Origin: Rubrimonas sp.
GTDB lineage: Bacteria; Pseudomonadota; Alphaproteobacteria; Rhodobacterales; Rhodobacteraceae
Reading direction: 5' to 3'
NCBI RefSeq assembly: GCF_036788415.1
Contig: NZ_DAIQNN010000006.1
Coordinates: 1,906-65,905 of the forward strand
DNA length: 64,000 nucleotides
Shown: positions 43,311 through 52,980 of the stretch, in pieces
Layout: each line of letters opens with the position of its first letter
Numbering within the stretch: position 1 is the first letter of the stretch
Position numbers and translations under genes: made by a program
The notes under the pieces: generated by a model
Database searches by the model: none
Seen by the model: the letters and a program-made list of their open reading frames with translations, nothing else
Told to the model about the DNA's origin: nothing

Positions 43311-43981
43311 TCCAGCGCCTCCAGCGCCGCGTCGAGCGCGTCGAAATGGTCGATCACGATCTCGGCGCCGGCCGCCAGCAGCGCGTCCGGCGCGTGATAG
43401 CCCCAGGCCACCCCGATCGCGCGCGCGCCGGCGTTGCGCGCCATCGCGACGTCGTAGATCGTGTCGCCGATCACAACCGCGTCGCAGGCCTGCGCGCCAG
43501 TCGCCCGCAGAGCGTTCAGCACCATGCCGGGATGGGGCTTCGATGGCGCGTCGTCGGAGGTCTGCAGCGTCAGGAAAAAGCCCCGCAGATCATGCGCATC
43601 GAGCAAATGGTCGAGCCCGCGCCGGGCCTTGCCGGTCGCCACGCCCAGAAGCCGCTCGGTCCGGGACAGCCGGGCGAGCGCGGCGCGCGCCCCGGGATAG
43701 AGGGGCATCGCCGCCTCGCCGCCGGTCTCGGCGCGAATTCGGATGAAGGCGCGCTTGTAACAGGCTGCGATCTCGACCGTTTCGACATCGGATAGGCCGG
43801 GGTCGAGCGCCGCGGCGGCCTCGACCAGCGACAGGCCGATGATGGCGCGGATCGCGCCGTCGGGCGGAGCGGGCCGTCCGAGATCGGCGAAGGCGGCCCG
43901 CATCGCGGCGAGGATGAATCGCTGGCTGTCGATCAGGGTGCCGTCCACGTCGAACAGCGCGAGGCGCAGGCGCGAAGACAT
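43307..43981 (-). CDS. HAD-family hydrolase (phosphoglycolate phosphatase-like)
   Basis: Trimmed to MSSRLRLALFDVDGTLIDS (DxDGT motif I). KPHPGM, VIGDTIYDV motif IV. ATGA overlap with the ATP12 start. Confidence 0.85.
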   Translation of the reverse strand: MSSRLRLALFDVDGTLIDSQRFILAAMRAAFADLGRPAPPDGAIRAIIGLSLVEAAAALDPGLSDVETVEIAACYKRAFIRIRAETGGEAAMPLYPGARAALARLSRTERLLGVATGKARRGLDHLLDAHDLRGFFLTLQTSDDAPSKPHPGMVLNALRATGAQACDAVVIGDTIYDVAMARNAGARAIGVAWGYHAPDALLAAGAEIVIDHFDALDAALEALE

Positions 43982-44140
43982 CGGCGGGCTCCGTGGCGGC
44001 GGGGGCGGGCTTGGCCGGGTTCTAGCGCCCCGCGCCCGGCGCTGGAAGCCCGCGCCGGCGCATTCGCAGGGCGAGCGCCTCTCCCAAAGCGGCGGCGCGC
44101 AGTCTATATCGGCCGGGCGCCCCCAGTCGGAACTCCGCCC

Positions 44141-45607
44141 ATGCTCGGCCGCCTGATCGACGACTTGTTGCTGCGTCCCGTCGAGGAGGCGCGCGACGCG
44201 GCGTCCGAAGCTTTTCTGGAGCCGACGCTGCGGCTCGGCGTCACCGGGCTCAGCCGGGCGGGCAAGACGGTCTTCATCACCTCGCTGGTCGCCAATCTGC
44301 TGGCGCGGGGGCGGATGCAACGGCTGCGCGCGCAGGCCGACGGGCGGATCGCCGCCGTGGCGCTGCGCCCTCAGCCCGACCGCGGCGTGCCCCGCTTCGA
44401 GTTCGAACGCCACATGGCCGATCTCGCCGGCGAGCCGCCGCGCTGGCCGGCCTCGACGCGCTCGGTCTCGCAATTGCGGCTGTCGGTGCGCTACCGCTCC
44501 GAGAGCTGGCTCGCCGGGCTGGCCGGCGCGTTTTCGGGTCCGCAGACCCTGCATCTCGACATCGTCGACTATCCCGGCGAATGGCTGCTCGACCTGCCGC
44601 TGATGGGAATGCGCTACGCCGAGTGGTCGGCGAAGGCCCTCGCCGCCGCCGAGACGCCGCTGCGCGCGGGCTTCGCGGAGCGCTGGCGCGCGGCGCTGGC
44701 GGAGGCCGACCCGACGGCGCCTTACGACGAGGCGCGCGCCCAGGCGCTGGCGGAGGGGTGGCGGGTTCATCTGGCCGCCTGCAAGGACGCCGGCCTGTCC
44801 GGGCTGACGCCGGGCCGCTTCCTCGCGCCGGGCGATCTGGAGGGGTCGCCGGCGCTGACCTTCGCGCCATTGCCGGACGGCCCCGGAGACAGGCGCTCGC
44901 TGCGCGCGGAATTCGCCCGCCGCTACGACGCCTATCGCGCGCAGGTGATCGCGCCGTTCTTCCGCGACCATTTCGCGCGGATCGAGCGGCAGATCGTGCT
45001 GGTCGACCTGCTGAGCGCGCTCGACGCGGGTCCCGGCGCCGTCGGCGACCTGCGGGCGGCGATGGGCGAGATCCTCGGCTGCTTCCGCCCGGGCGCCAAT
45101 TCCTGGCTCAGCGCGTTGCTGGGCCGCCGGGTCGACCGCATCCTGTTCGCCGCGACCAAGGCCGACCACGTCCACCACTCCCAGCATCCGCGGATGACCG
45201 CGATCCTGCAGGCCCTGCTGCGCGAGAGCGTCGAGAGGGCGCAGTTCCGCGGCGCGCAGGTCGAGGCGCTGGCGGTCGCGGGGCTGCGCGCGACGGTGGA
45301 ACAGGAGATCGCGCGCGATGGCGAGACGCTCGCCTGCGTCCGCGGCAAGCTCAAGGCGACCGGACGCGAGGCGGCGCTCTACCCCGGCGAAATTCCCGAC
45401 GATCCGCAGGCGGTGCTCGCCTCGGCGCGCGAGGGGCTGGCGCACGAACCCGGCTGGCTCGGCGGCGCCTTCGACGTGATGGATTTCGCGCCCCCCAAAG
45501 GCGCAGGCGGCGCGTCGGCGGCGCCGGGCCGGCGCGACGCCGACGGGCCGCCGCACATCCGGCTCGACCGGGCGCTCGACTTCCTGATCGGCGACCGGCT
45601 GGCCTGA
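44141..45607 (+). CDS. ycjX: YcjX-like P-loop NTPase (DUF463)
   Basis: 488 aa. Walker A GLSRAGKTVFITSL, LDIVDYPGEWLLDLP, FAATKADHV. Confidence 0.85.
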   Translation: MLGRLIDDLLLRPVEEARDAASEAFLEPTLRLGVTGLSRAGKTVFITSLVANLLARGRMQRLRAQADGRIAAVALRPQPDRGVPRFEFERHMADLAGEPPRWPASTRSVSQLRLSVRYRSESWLAGLAGAFSGPQTLHLDIVDYPGEWLLDLPLMGMRYAEWSAKALAAAETPLRAGFAERWRAALAEADPTAPYDEARAQALAEGWRVHLAACKDAGLSGLTPGRFLAPGDLEGSPALTFAPLPDGPGDRRSLRAEFARRYDAYRAQVIAPFFRDHFARIERQIVLVDLLSALDAGPGAVGDLRAAMGEILGCFRPGANSWLSALLGRRVDRILFAATKADHVHHSQHPRMTAILQALLRESVERAQFRGAQVEALAVAGLRATVEQEIARDGETLACVRGKLKATGREAALYPGEIPDDPQAVLASAREGLAHEPGWLGGAFDVMDFAPPKGAGGASAAPGRRDADGPPHIRLDRALDFLIGDRLA

Positions 45608-45618
45608 GGAGCCCCGCG

Positions 45619-46641
45619 ATGACCCGCACCCCCCGCCGACCCGTCGTGTTCGACGCCGACGATCCCGCCCTCGGCGCCCCCGCCCCCGACCCCGGCGACG
45701 CGCCCGAGATCGGCCCGGAGATCGGCGCGGAAGGGCGGGACGCGCTTGCTGGCGAACCGGCGGGGCTGCGCGCGGCGCGGCTCGCGGCCCGCCCCTCGTC
45801 AGCGCTCGCGCGCTGGTTCTGGAGCGCGGCGCTGGCGCTGGTCGGGCTCGCGACTTCGGTCGCGCTGTACGATTTCGTCGCCGGGCTGATCGCGCGCAAT
45901 GCGATCCTCGGCTGGGTGGCGCTGGGGCTGACGGCGGCGCTCGCCGCCGCGCTGGTCGTCTTCGCACTGCGGGAGGCGGCGGCGGTGGCGCGGCTCGGGC
46001 GCGTCGACGCGCTGCGCGCGCAGGCGGCGCGGGCGCGCGAGAGCGGCGACGCGCGCGCCGCGCAAGCGACGCTGAAAGGGCTGCGCCGGCTCTATGCGGG
46101 GCGGCGCGACATGGACTGGGCGCTCGCCGACCTCGCCCGCGCCGCCGACCAGCCGCCCGAGGCCGAGGCGCTGCTCGACGCAGCCGAACGCGCGCTGATG
46201 CGCGATCTCGACGCGCGCGCGGCGGCGGCGGCGGGGCGGGCGGCGCGGACGGTGGCGGCGGCGACGGCGCTGATCCCTCTGGCGCTGGTCGACGTCCTCG
46301 CCGCGCTGACCGCCAATCTGCGCATGATCCGCGAGATCGCAGAAATCTACGGTGGGCGGGCGGGATGGTTGGGCTCGTGGAAGCTGCTCAAGGCCGTGGC
46401 GGCGCATCTTGTGGCGACGGGCGCGGTGGCCGTCGGCGACGACCTGATAGGGCCGGCGATCGGCGGCGGCGTTCTCGCCCGGCTGTCGCGCCGCTTCGGC
46501 GAAGGGCTGATCAACGGCGCACTGACCGCGCGCGTCGGGGCCGCCGCCATCGCCGTCTGCCGCCCGCTGCCCTTCGCCGCGCTGCCCCGCCCGACGGGTC
46601 GCGGTCTGGCCGCGGCGGCGCTGAAGGGCCTGATGCGCTGA
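45619..46641 (+). CDS. ycjF: YcjF-family membrane protein (UPF0283/DUF697)
   Basis: ATG 45619. Two N-terminal TM helices. C-terminal ...LIPLALVDVLAALTANLRMIREIAEIYGGR... Directly follows ycjX. Confidence 0.8.
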   Translation: MTRTPRRPVVFDADDPALGAPAPDPGDAPEIGPEIGAEGRDALAGEPAGLRAARLAARPSSALARWFWSAALALVGLATSVALYDFVAGLIARNAILGWVALGLTAALAAALVVFALREAAAVARLGRVDALRAQAARARESGDARAAQATLKGLRRLYAGRRDMDWALADLARAADQPPEAEALLDAAERALMRDLDARAAAAAGRAARTVAAATALIPLALVDVLAALTANLRMIREIAEIYGGRAGWLGSWKLLKAVAAHLVATGAVAVGDDLIGPAIGGGVLARLSRRFGEGLINGALTARVGAAAIAVCRPLPFAALPRPTGRGLAAAALKGLMR

Positions 46642-46786
46642 GCCCGGAGAACGGCCGCCCGCGCGCTTGAGTCCCACAGACGCGTCGAGGGTTTTCGTTT
46701 ACTATCTTCCCCGTAAGGTTGAGCCGCCGCGCGCGGCGATCCGAGCGGTCGCAGCGGGGGCGGGACACCGACCGGATGATCGCTCC

Positions 46787-48829
46787 ATGCCGCGCGACCT
46801 CGAAGTGGATTTCCAGGCTCTGCTGCTGAGCGTCTTCGAGACGCTGGGCGCGGCGACCGGCGACGCCTTTTTCGAAACGCTCGCGCGCTGCGCCGCCGAA
46901 GGCGTCGGGGCGGATATCGCGCTGATCGGCGCGCTCGAGCCGGGCGGCCGCGCGGTGCGGAGCCTCGCAGTGCTCGAGGACGGCGCCGCGCAGCCGCAAA
47001 TCGTCTACCACCTGCGCGGCACGCCCTGCGAGAACGTGGTCGAAACCGGCGCCTGCGTCATCGAGGACGACCTTCAGGCGCGTTTTCCCCACGACGCGAC
47101 GCTGAGGGAGCTCGGGATCGTCGCCTATGCCGGCGCGCCGGTGCGCGATCACGAGGGCCGCGCGGTCGGGCTGATCGCGCTCATGGCGCGCCGCCGCTTC
47201 GCCAACGCCGAGATGCTGCCGCCGCTCCTGCGCGCCGTCGCCCGTCGGATCGGCGCCGAGATCGAGCACGCCGAGACCGAACGCCGCCTGCGCGCCGCAG
47301 AAGAACGCGCGCAGCTGATGGAGCAGCGGCTGCGCGACGGGATCGAGGCGATGCCGGCGGGTTTCGCGCTGTTCGACGCAGAGGACCGTCTGGTGCTGTG
47401 CAACACCGCCTATCGCCGGGACACCGGCCTGCTCGGCGGCGCGCCGGTCGAGGACGGCGCGCGCTTCGAGGACATCCTGCGCCGCAACGTCGCCTCGGGC
47501 CGGATGATCGACCCCCTCGCCCTTTCCGACCCCGACGCCTATCTCGCCGACCGCCTCGCCCGCCACGCGGCGCCCGACGGCTCGCCCATCGAACAGGCGA
47601 TGGAGGGGGCGCGCTGGGCCGAGGTCGTCGAGCGGCGCACCGCCGACGGCGGAGTGGTGATCGTGCGCAGCGACGTCACCGCGCGCAAGCGCAGCGAACT
47701 GCGCCTGCTCGACGCCATTGCGAGCATCCCGTTCGGCTTCATCATGTGCGATCCCGACGACCGGCTCCTGCTGGTCAACCGCCGCTATCGCGAACTGTAC
47801 CCCGAGTTCGGCGACGCGCTGACGCCGGGAACGCCCTTCGCCGATCTCTGCGAAATCTGCGCGCGGGAGATCGACGCGAGCGTCGACGGGCGGGCCCGCG
47901 CCCGCTGGATCGCCGAGCGCATGGCCCGCCACCGCGCGCCGGGGGCGCCGAGCCAGCACCAGACGCGCGGGGGGCGCAGCCTGCTGGTCTCCGAAAGCCG
48001 CACCTCCGAAGGCGGCTATATCGGCGTGCACGCCGACATCACGCCGCTCGTGCTGATGCACCACGAATTGCGCGCCGCCAGCGAGAGCGCGGCGGCCGCG
48101 CTGGCGGTGAAAAGCCGCTTCCTCGCCACGATGAGCCACGAGCTGCGCACCCCGCTCAACGCGATCCTCGGCTTCTCGGAGCTGATGGCGCACGAGGTGA
48201 AGGGGCCTCTGCCGGAGGCCTATCGCGAGTACGTCTCGATCATCCGCAGTTCGGGCGAGTTCCTGCTGTCGCTGATCACCGACATTCTCGACCTCTCGCG
48301 CATCGAAGCCGGCAAGATGCAGATCGAGCGCGCGCCGCTGGCGCTGGGGCCGCTGGCGACGGAATCGGTCGCGATGCTGTCGGAGATGGCGCGGCGCAAG
48401 CGTCTGGTGCTGCGGGCCGAGATCGAGGAGGACCTGCCGCTGATCCTAGCCGACCGCCGCCGCATCCTGCAGATCCTGCACAACCTGCTGTCCAACGCGG
48501 TGAAGTTCACCGAGCGCGGCGCCGTCGTCGCCTCGGCGCGCCGGGCCGGCGACGCCGTCGCCTTGTCCGTGCGCGACAGCGGGCGCGGCATGACCCCCGA
48601 GGAGATCGAGGAGGCGCTCGTCCCCTTCCAGCAGGCGCGCAGCCTCAGCGGGGCGGAGAAGCTTCAGGGAACCGGGCTCGGCCTGTCGATCGTCAAGGCG
48701 CTGGTCGAACTGCACGAGGGCGCGCTGGAGATCCGCAGCGCGCCGGGGGCGGGGACTACGGTCGAAATCCGCCTCCCGGCGGCGCCGGGCGCGGTCGGGC
48801 TCAGTTCTCGCCCGGCCTCGGCAGAGTGA
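46787..48829 (+). CDS. Sensor histidine kinase (GAF + PAS x2 + HisKA + HATPase_c), no receiver
   Basis: Start set at MPRDLEVDF (46787; uncertain). H-box FLATMSHELRTPLNAILGF, N-box LHNLLSNAVKFT, G-boxes RDSGRGM and GTGLGLSIV. Confidence 0.85.
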   Translation: MPRDLEVDFQALLLSVFETLGAATGDAFFETLARCAAEGVGADIALIGALEPGGRAVRSLAVLEDGAAQPQIVYHLRGTPCENVVETGACVIEDDLQARFPHDATLRELGIVAYAGAPVRDHEGRAVGLIALMARRRFANAEMLPPLLRAVARRIGAEIEHAETERRLRAAEERAQLMEQRLRDGIEAMPAGFALFDAEDRLVLCNTAYRRDTGLLGGAPVEDGARFEDILRRNVASGRMIDPLALSDPDAYLADRLARHAAPDGSPIEQAMEGARWAEVVERRTADGGVVIVRSDVTARKRSELRLLDAIASIPFGFIMCDPDDRLLLVNRRYRELYPEFGDALTPGTPFADLCEICAREIDASVDGRARARWIAERMARHRAPGAPSQHQTRGGRSLLVSESRTSEGGYIGVHADITPLVLMHHELRAASESAAAALAVKSRFLATMSHELRTPLNAILGFSELMAHEVKGPLPEAYREYVSIIRSSGEFLLSLITDILDLSRIEAGKMQIERAPLALGPLATESVAMLSEMARRKRLVLRAEIEEDLPLILADRRRILQILHNLLSNAVKFTERGAVVASARRAGDAVALSVRDSGRGMTPEEIEEALVPFQQARSLSGAEKLQGTGLGLSIVKALVELHEGALEIRSAPGAGTTVEIRLPAAPGAVGLSSRPASAE

Positions 48830-49412
48830 ACGTCTCGCGCACCACCGCGTAGTCGCGATAGCCGAGGCGGGCGAGCGGCTGGAACGCCGTCACGTCGAAC
48901 CGGCCGTCGCGCAGGCAGTCGGGGCGCAGATGCACGCCGACGACTTCGCCGAACACCGCGAAATTCGCCGCGCCCTCCAGCCTGAGAATTTGCGTCGCCC
49001 GGCATTCGAGGCTCGCCGGCGCCTCCGCCACGCGGGCGCAGCCGATGGTCTGGCAGGGCGCGCGCGCGACGCCGGCATGGGCGAACTCGTCGGCCTCGCG
49101 CGGGAGCGCCGCGGAACTCGCGTTCATCGCATGGCGCATCGCGAAGGCGACGATGTTGACGCAGAAGACGCCGGTCTCGCGGATATTGGCGACGCTGTCC
49201 TTGGTGTCGCCGCGGTCGGGCTTGGCCGAGGTCGAAGCGAACATCACCTGCGGCGGCGCATAGGCGACGGCGTTGAAGAAGGAATAGGGCGCGAGATTGT
49301 CGCGGCCCGCCGCATCGCGCGTTGCGATCCAGCCGATCGGGCGCGGCGCGACGATCGCCCCGAACGGGTCGTGCGGCAGGCTCGGGGGCCGCGCGCCGGG
49401 GGTGTAGAACAT
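48801..49412 (-). CDS. Flavin reductase family protein
   Basis: 203 aa. ...VAPRPIGWIATRDAAGRDNLAPYSFFNAV... typical flavin reductase-like FMN-binding domain. Convergent 29-nt overlap with the kinase 3' end. Confidence 0.85.
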   Translation of the reverse strand: MFYTPGARPPSLPHDPFGAIVAPRPIGWIATRDAAGRDNLAPYSFFNAVAYAPPQVMFASTSAKPDRGDTKDSVANIRETGVFCVNIVAFAMRHAMNASSAALPREADEFAHAGVARAPCQTIGCARVAEAPASLECRATQILRLEGAANFAVFGEVVGVHLRPDCLRDGRFDVTAFQPLARLGYRDYAVVRETFTLPRPGEN

Positions 49413-49491
49413 GGCGCGCCTCGCCTGCTTGCCTGCGTGGAGGCGTCATGCTAGCCGCCCGCGCAGGCGGGGAAAAGGGCGGGAGGCGCCG

Positions 49492-49998
49492 ATGTTCCGG
49501 CTGCTTCCCGAACGCCCCGGCGATCTCGACGAGGTCGAGGCGCTCTACGATCTGTGCTTCGCGCCGGGGCGGCGGGCGCTGTCGTCCTACCGGCTGCGCG
49601 AGGGCGCGCCGCCTATCCCGGGGCTGTGCCGCGTCGCGCGCGACGAGTTCGACGCGCTGGCGGGCGCGATCCGCTTCTGGCCGGTGCGCATCGGGGAAAG
49701 CGGCGCGCCGGCGCTGCTGCTCGGCCCCGTGGCCGTGCATCCGACGCGGCAGGGCGAAGGCCTCGGCGGGGCGCTGATCGCCGACGGGCTCGAACGCGCC
49801 GCCGAGGCTGGCTGGACGCGGGCGTTGCTGGTCGGCGACGAACCCTATTACCGCCGCTTCGGCTTCACCCGCGCCCAAGCCGAGGCGCTGGCGTTTCCGC
49901 CGCCGACCAATCCCGACCGGCTGCTCGCCCGCGCGCTGGCCCCCGACGCGTTCGACGACGTCGCCGGCTTGGTGCGACGCTGGGACGACGACGCCTGA
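49492..49998 (+). CDS. GNAT family N-acetyltransferase (YhbS-like)
   Basis: Trimmed to [11 protein letters not shown]... AcCoA motif [15 protein letters not shown]. ...[13 protein letters not shown]. Confidence 0.75.
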   Translation: MFRLLPERPGDLDEVEALYDLCFAPGRRALSSYRLREGAPPIPGLCRVARDEFDALAGAIRFWPVRIGESGAPALLLGPVAVHPTRQGEGLGGALIADGLERAAEAGWTRALLVGDEPYYRRFGFTRAQAEALAFPPPTNPDRLLARALAPDAFDDVAGLVRRWDDDA

Positions 49999-50008
49999 AT
50001 CGCGCCTC

Positions 50009-51049
50009 TCACCCCGGCAGCGCCCAGCCGCCCGTCAGCCGCAACCGCACTGTCTCCCCGACGTTCAGCCGCGCGCGCGCGGCGATCGGCAGCGGCTCGA
50101 CCAGCCCGTCGAGCGCTGCCTCGCCCTCCCAGATCCCGCCGCGATACCGCGCCGAGACCAGCCGCCCCGGCGCGCCTTCGGGGTCGAGGACGACGTCCTC
50201 GGGCCGCAGGACGATCCGGGCGGCGCCCGCCGGCGCGTCCGGCCCGCACGCCACCACGGCCTCGAGCGGACCGATCCGCGCCGCCGCACGCCCGCCATGG
50301 GCGGACTCCAGCGCGCCGCGGGCCAGCGCCGCGCGCCCGATGAAGCGCGCGACATGCTCGGTCGCGGGGCGCGCATAGACCTCCTCGGGCGGGGCGACCT
50401 GCTCGAACCGCCCCGCGCGCATCACCGCGACCCGATCGGCCAGCGCCATCGCCTCGCGCTGATCGTGCGTGATGTAGAGCGTGGTGAGATCGGCGCGGCG
50501 GTGGAAGGCGCGCAGCTCCTCCTCCATCGCCGCGCGCAGATGCGGGTCGAGATTGGCGAGCGGCTCGTCCATCAGCACCGTCCGCGCACGGCTGGCGAGG
50601 CAGCGCGCGAGCGCCACCCGCTGGCGCTGGCCGCCCGAAAGCTCCGCTGGTCGGCGCGCTCCGAGCGCCTCGAGACCCACGGAGCGCAGATGCGCGTCGG
50701 CCTCGCGCGCAGCCTCGGCGCGGCGCGCCCCGGCGGTTTCGGCGGGAAAGGCCACGTTCTCGCGCACGCTCATATGCGGCCAGAGCGCGTAGGACTGGAA
50801 CACCACGCCGACGGTGCGGTCCTCGGGCGCGACATGCAGGCCCGGCCCGGCGACGGGGCGGCCGTCGAGCGCGATCTCGCCATTGTCGAGCGTCTCGAGC
50901 CCCGCGATCAGCCGCAGCAGCGTGGACTTCCCGCAGCCCGACGGCCCGAGCGCGACGAAGAAGGCCCCGCGCGGGATCGCCACGCTGACCCCGTCGAGCG
51001 CCGCGACCCCATCGAAGCGCTTGACCGCGCAGGTGATTTCGACCGACAT
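50009..51049 (-). CDS. ABC transporter ATP-binding protein (PotA/FbpC-like) without adjacent permease
   Basis: Trimmed to [14 protein letters not shown]... [37 protein letters not shown]-terminal TOBE-like tail. Confidence 0.85.
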   Translation of the reverse strand: MSVEITCAVKRFDGVAALDGVSVAIPRGAFFVALGPSGCGKSTLLRLIAGLETLDNGEIALDGRPVAGPGLHVAPEDRTVGVVFQSYALWPHMSVRENVAFPAETAGARRAEAAREADAHLRSVGLEALGARRPAELSGGQRQRVALARCLASRARTVLMDEPLANLDPHLRAAMEEELRAFHRRADLTTLYITHDQREAMALADRVAVMRAGRFEQVAPPEEVYARPATEHVARFIGRAALARGALESAHGGRAAARIGPLEAVVACGPDAPAGAARIVLRPEDVVLDPEGAPGRLVSARYRGGIWEGEAALDGLVEPLPIAARARLNVGETVRLRLTGGWALPG

Positions 51050-51220
51050 CGACGCCCTCCGCGGCGCGCGGCGCATCGTCCCGAAACGGGACCGCCTGCG
51101 GCGCGCGCGGCCCGTTCTGGCGCAGCGCGACGCCCGCCTCAAGCCGAAACCTCCCCAGAAATGGCGAGTTGTCGGAACTCCTTCATACAGCTTAATTTAC
51201 CAGCAGAGCCCAGCTCCAGT

Positions 51221-51280
51221 CGCCGGCCGGGGAGACGCAGCGCTTCACCTCACCCCTCGCCCAGCTTTCCCCGGCCGGCG
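51221..51280. repeat. 13-bp perfect inverted repeat with 34-nt spacer
   Basis: CGCCGGCCGGGGA (51221-51233) and TCCCCGGCCGGCG (51268-51280), in the 324-bp intergenic region upstream of the NDUFS4-like gene. Confidence 0.6.
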
Positions 51281-51373
51281 ACGTCCCTCCGCTCCAAAGC
51301 CGCAGAGGCCGCGCGCCGGCTTGAATTCCCGGCCGCTTTGCCGCCATATCCGCTTGGGTTTCAGGAGGTGCGG

Positions 51374-51685
51374 ATGCTCGCCAAGATTTACCGACCCGCC
51401 AAGAGCGCGATGACCTCCGGGCAGGCGAACGCCCGCGACTGGGTCCTCGAATTCACGCCGCAGCAGGCGCGCAGGATCGACCCGCTGATGGGCTGGACCA
51501 GCTCCTCCGACATGGCCTCGCAGGTGAAGCTGCGCTTCGCCTCGCGCGAGGAGGCGGTCGACTACGCCCGTCGCCACGGCCTCGCCTGGCAGGTGCTGGA
51601 GCCGAAGCCGCGCAAGCCGGTGATCCGCCCGCGCGGCTATGGCGGCAACTTCGCCACCGAGCGCCGGCAAGCCTGGACGCACTGA
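51374..51685 (+). CDS. ETC complex I subunit conserved-region protein (NDUFS4-like)
   Basis: ATG 51374 after [33 protein letters not shown]...[12 protein letters not shown]...[17 protein letters not shown]. Confidence 0.85.
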   Translation: MLAKIYRPAKSAMTSGQANARDWVLEFTPQQARRIDPLMGWTSSSDMASQVKLRFASREEAVDYARRHGLAWQVLEPKPRKPVIRPRGYGGNFATERRQAWTH

Positions 51686-51712
51686 CCGCCGCGCGCGAAA
51701 CCCTTGCGAAAA

Positions 51713-51789
51713 GGCCCCGTAGCTCAACCGGATAGAGCAGCGGACTTCTAATCCGCAGGTTGCAGGTTCGAGTCCTGCCGGGGTCGCCA
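51713..51789 (+). tRNA. tRNA-Arg (anticodon UCU)
   Basis: 77 nt. Acceptor GGCCCCG/CGGGGTC, D-arm TAGCTCAACCGGATAGAGC, anticodon stem-loop GCGGA-CTTCTAA-TCCGC, T-arm GCAGGTTCGAGTCCTGC, encoded CCA. Confidence 0.9.
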
Positions 51790-51813
51790 AGACCAGCACA
51801 GGAGAGACGCGCC

Positions 51814-52980
51814 ATGCGCCAGATAGCCCGACGCATCGCAGCCCTCGCCGCCGCGGCGGCTCTCGCGGCAAGCCTCGCCGCACCGGGCGCGCAGGCCCTC
51901 GACACGCCCGCGCGCGCCGCCATCGTCGTCGACCTGACCTCCGGCGCGGTGCTGCTGGAGAAGAACGCCGACGAGCCGTTGCCCCCCGCCTCGATGTCCA
52001 AGCTGATGACGCTGAACATGGTGTTCGAGGCGCTCGAAGAAGGCCGCCTGACGCTCGAGGACCGCTTCCCGGTCAGCGAGAAGGCCTGGAAGATGGGCGG
52101 CAGCAAGATGTTCGTGCGCGTCGGCGACCGCATCCGCGTCGCCGACCTGCTAATGGGCGTCACCGTGCAGTCGGGCAACGACGCCTGCGTCGTGCTCGCC
52201 GAAGGCCTCGCCGGCACCGAAGAAGCCTTCGCCGAGCAGATGAACCGGCGCGCCGCCGAGATCGGACTGACCGACTCGCATTTCCTGAACGCGACCGGCT
52301 GGCCCGACGAGGGCCATCTGATGAGCGTGCGCGACCTCGCCCGCCTCGCCGAGCGCATCGTGACCAAGTTCCCCGAGCACTACCGCCATTTCTCGATCCG
52401 AGAGTTCACCTGGGAGGACATCACCCAGCGCAACCGGAACCCGCTGCTCGATCTGGGCCTCGGGGTTGACGGCATGAAGACCGGCCATACCGAGGCCGCC
52501 GGCTACGGGCTGACCGCCTCGGCCGAGCGCGACGGGCGGAGGATCGTGATGGTGGTCGCCGGGCTCGACAGCGTGGGGCAGCGCAAGACCGAAGCCGAGA
52601 AGATCGTCGGCTGGGCGTTCCGGGAATTCCGCACCGGCGTGCTTTACGCCGCCGGCCAGCCGATCGTCGACGCGCAGGTCTGGGTCGGCGACGCGCCGAG
52701 CGTGGGGCTGGCGCCGGTCTCCGACGTCGTCGTCACGACGCCTTTCGCGCAGTCGGACGCCGTGTCGGCGCGGATCGTCTATGACGGCCCCGTCCCCGCG
52801 CCGATCGCCGCCGGCGACGTGATCGCGCAGCTGATCGTGGAGGCGCCCGAGATGCCTCCGGTCGCCTACCCGCTCGCGGCGACGGCGGATGTCGGCCCGG
52901 GCGGCTTGCTCGCGCGGGTCGAGGCGGCGGCGCGCCTGCTGCTGCGGGCGAGCGCGTCGCCGGACGGCGCGGCGGAGTGA
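51814..52980 (+). CDS. D-alanyl-D-alanine carboxypeptidase (PBP5/6-type serine hydrolase)
   Basis: ATG 51814. Signal peptide, then SxxK ASMSKLMT, SGN VQSGND, KTG GMKTGHT. Confidence 0.9.
   Translation: MRQIARRIAALAAAAALAASLAAPGAQALDTPARAAIVVDLTSGAVLLEKNADEPLPPASMSKLMTLNMVFEALEEGRLTLEDRFPVSEKAWKMGGSKMFVRVGDRIRVADLLMGVTVQSGNDACVVLAEGLAGTEEAFAEQMNRRAAEIGLTDSHFLNATGWPDEGHLMSVRDLARLAERIVTKFPEHYRHFSIREFTWEDITQRNRNPLLDLGLGVDGMKTGHTEAAGYGLTASAERDGRRIVMVVAGLDSVGQRKTEAEKIVGWAFREFRTGVLYAAGQPIVDAQVWVGDAPSVGLAPVSDVVVTTPFAQSDAVSARIVYDGPVPAPIAAGDVIAQLIVEAPEMPPVAYPLAATADVGPGGLLARVEAAARLLLRASASPDGAAE

Noticed and set aside
51713-51789. tRNA-Arg as an integration hotspot with an adjacent genomic island.
   Set aside because: Both flanks are housekeeping genes (NDUFS4-like; dacC-tmk-holB-tatD) packed within a few tens of bp. 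There is no integrase, and I saw no direct repeat of the tRNA 3' end.
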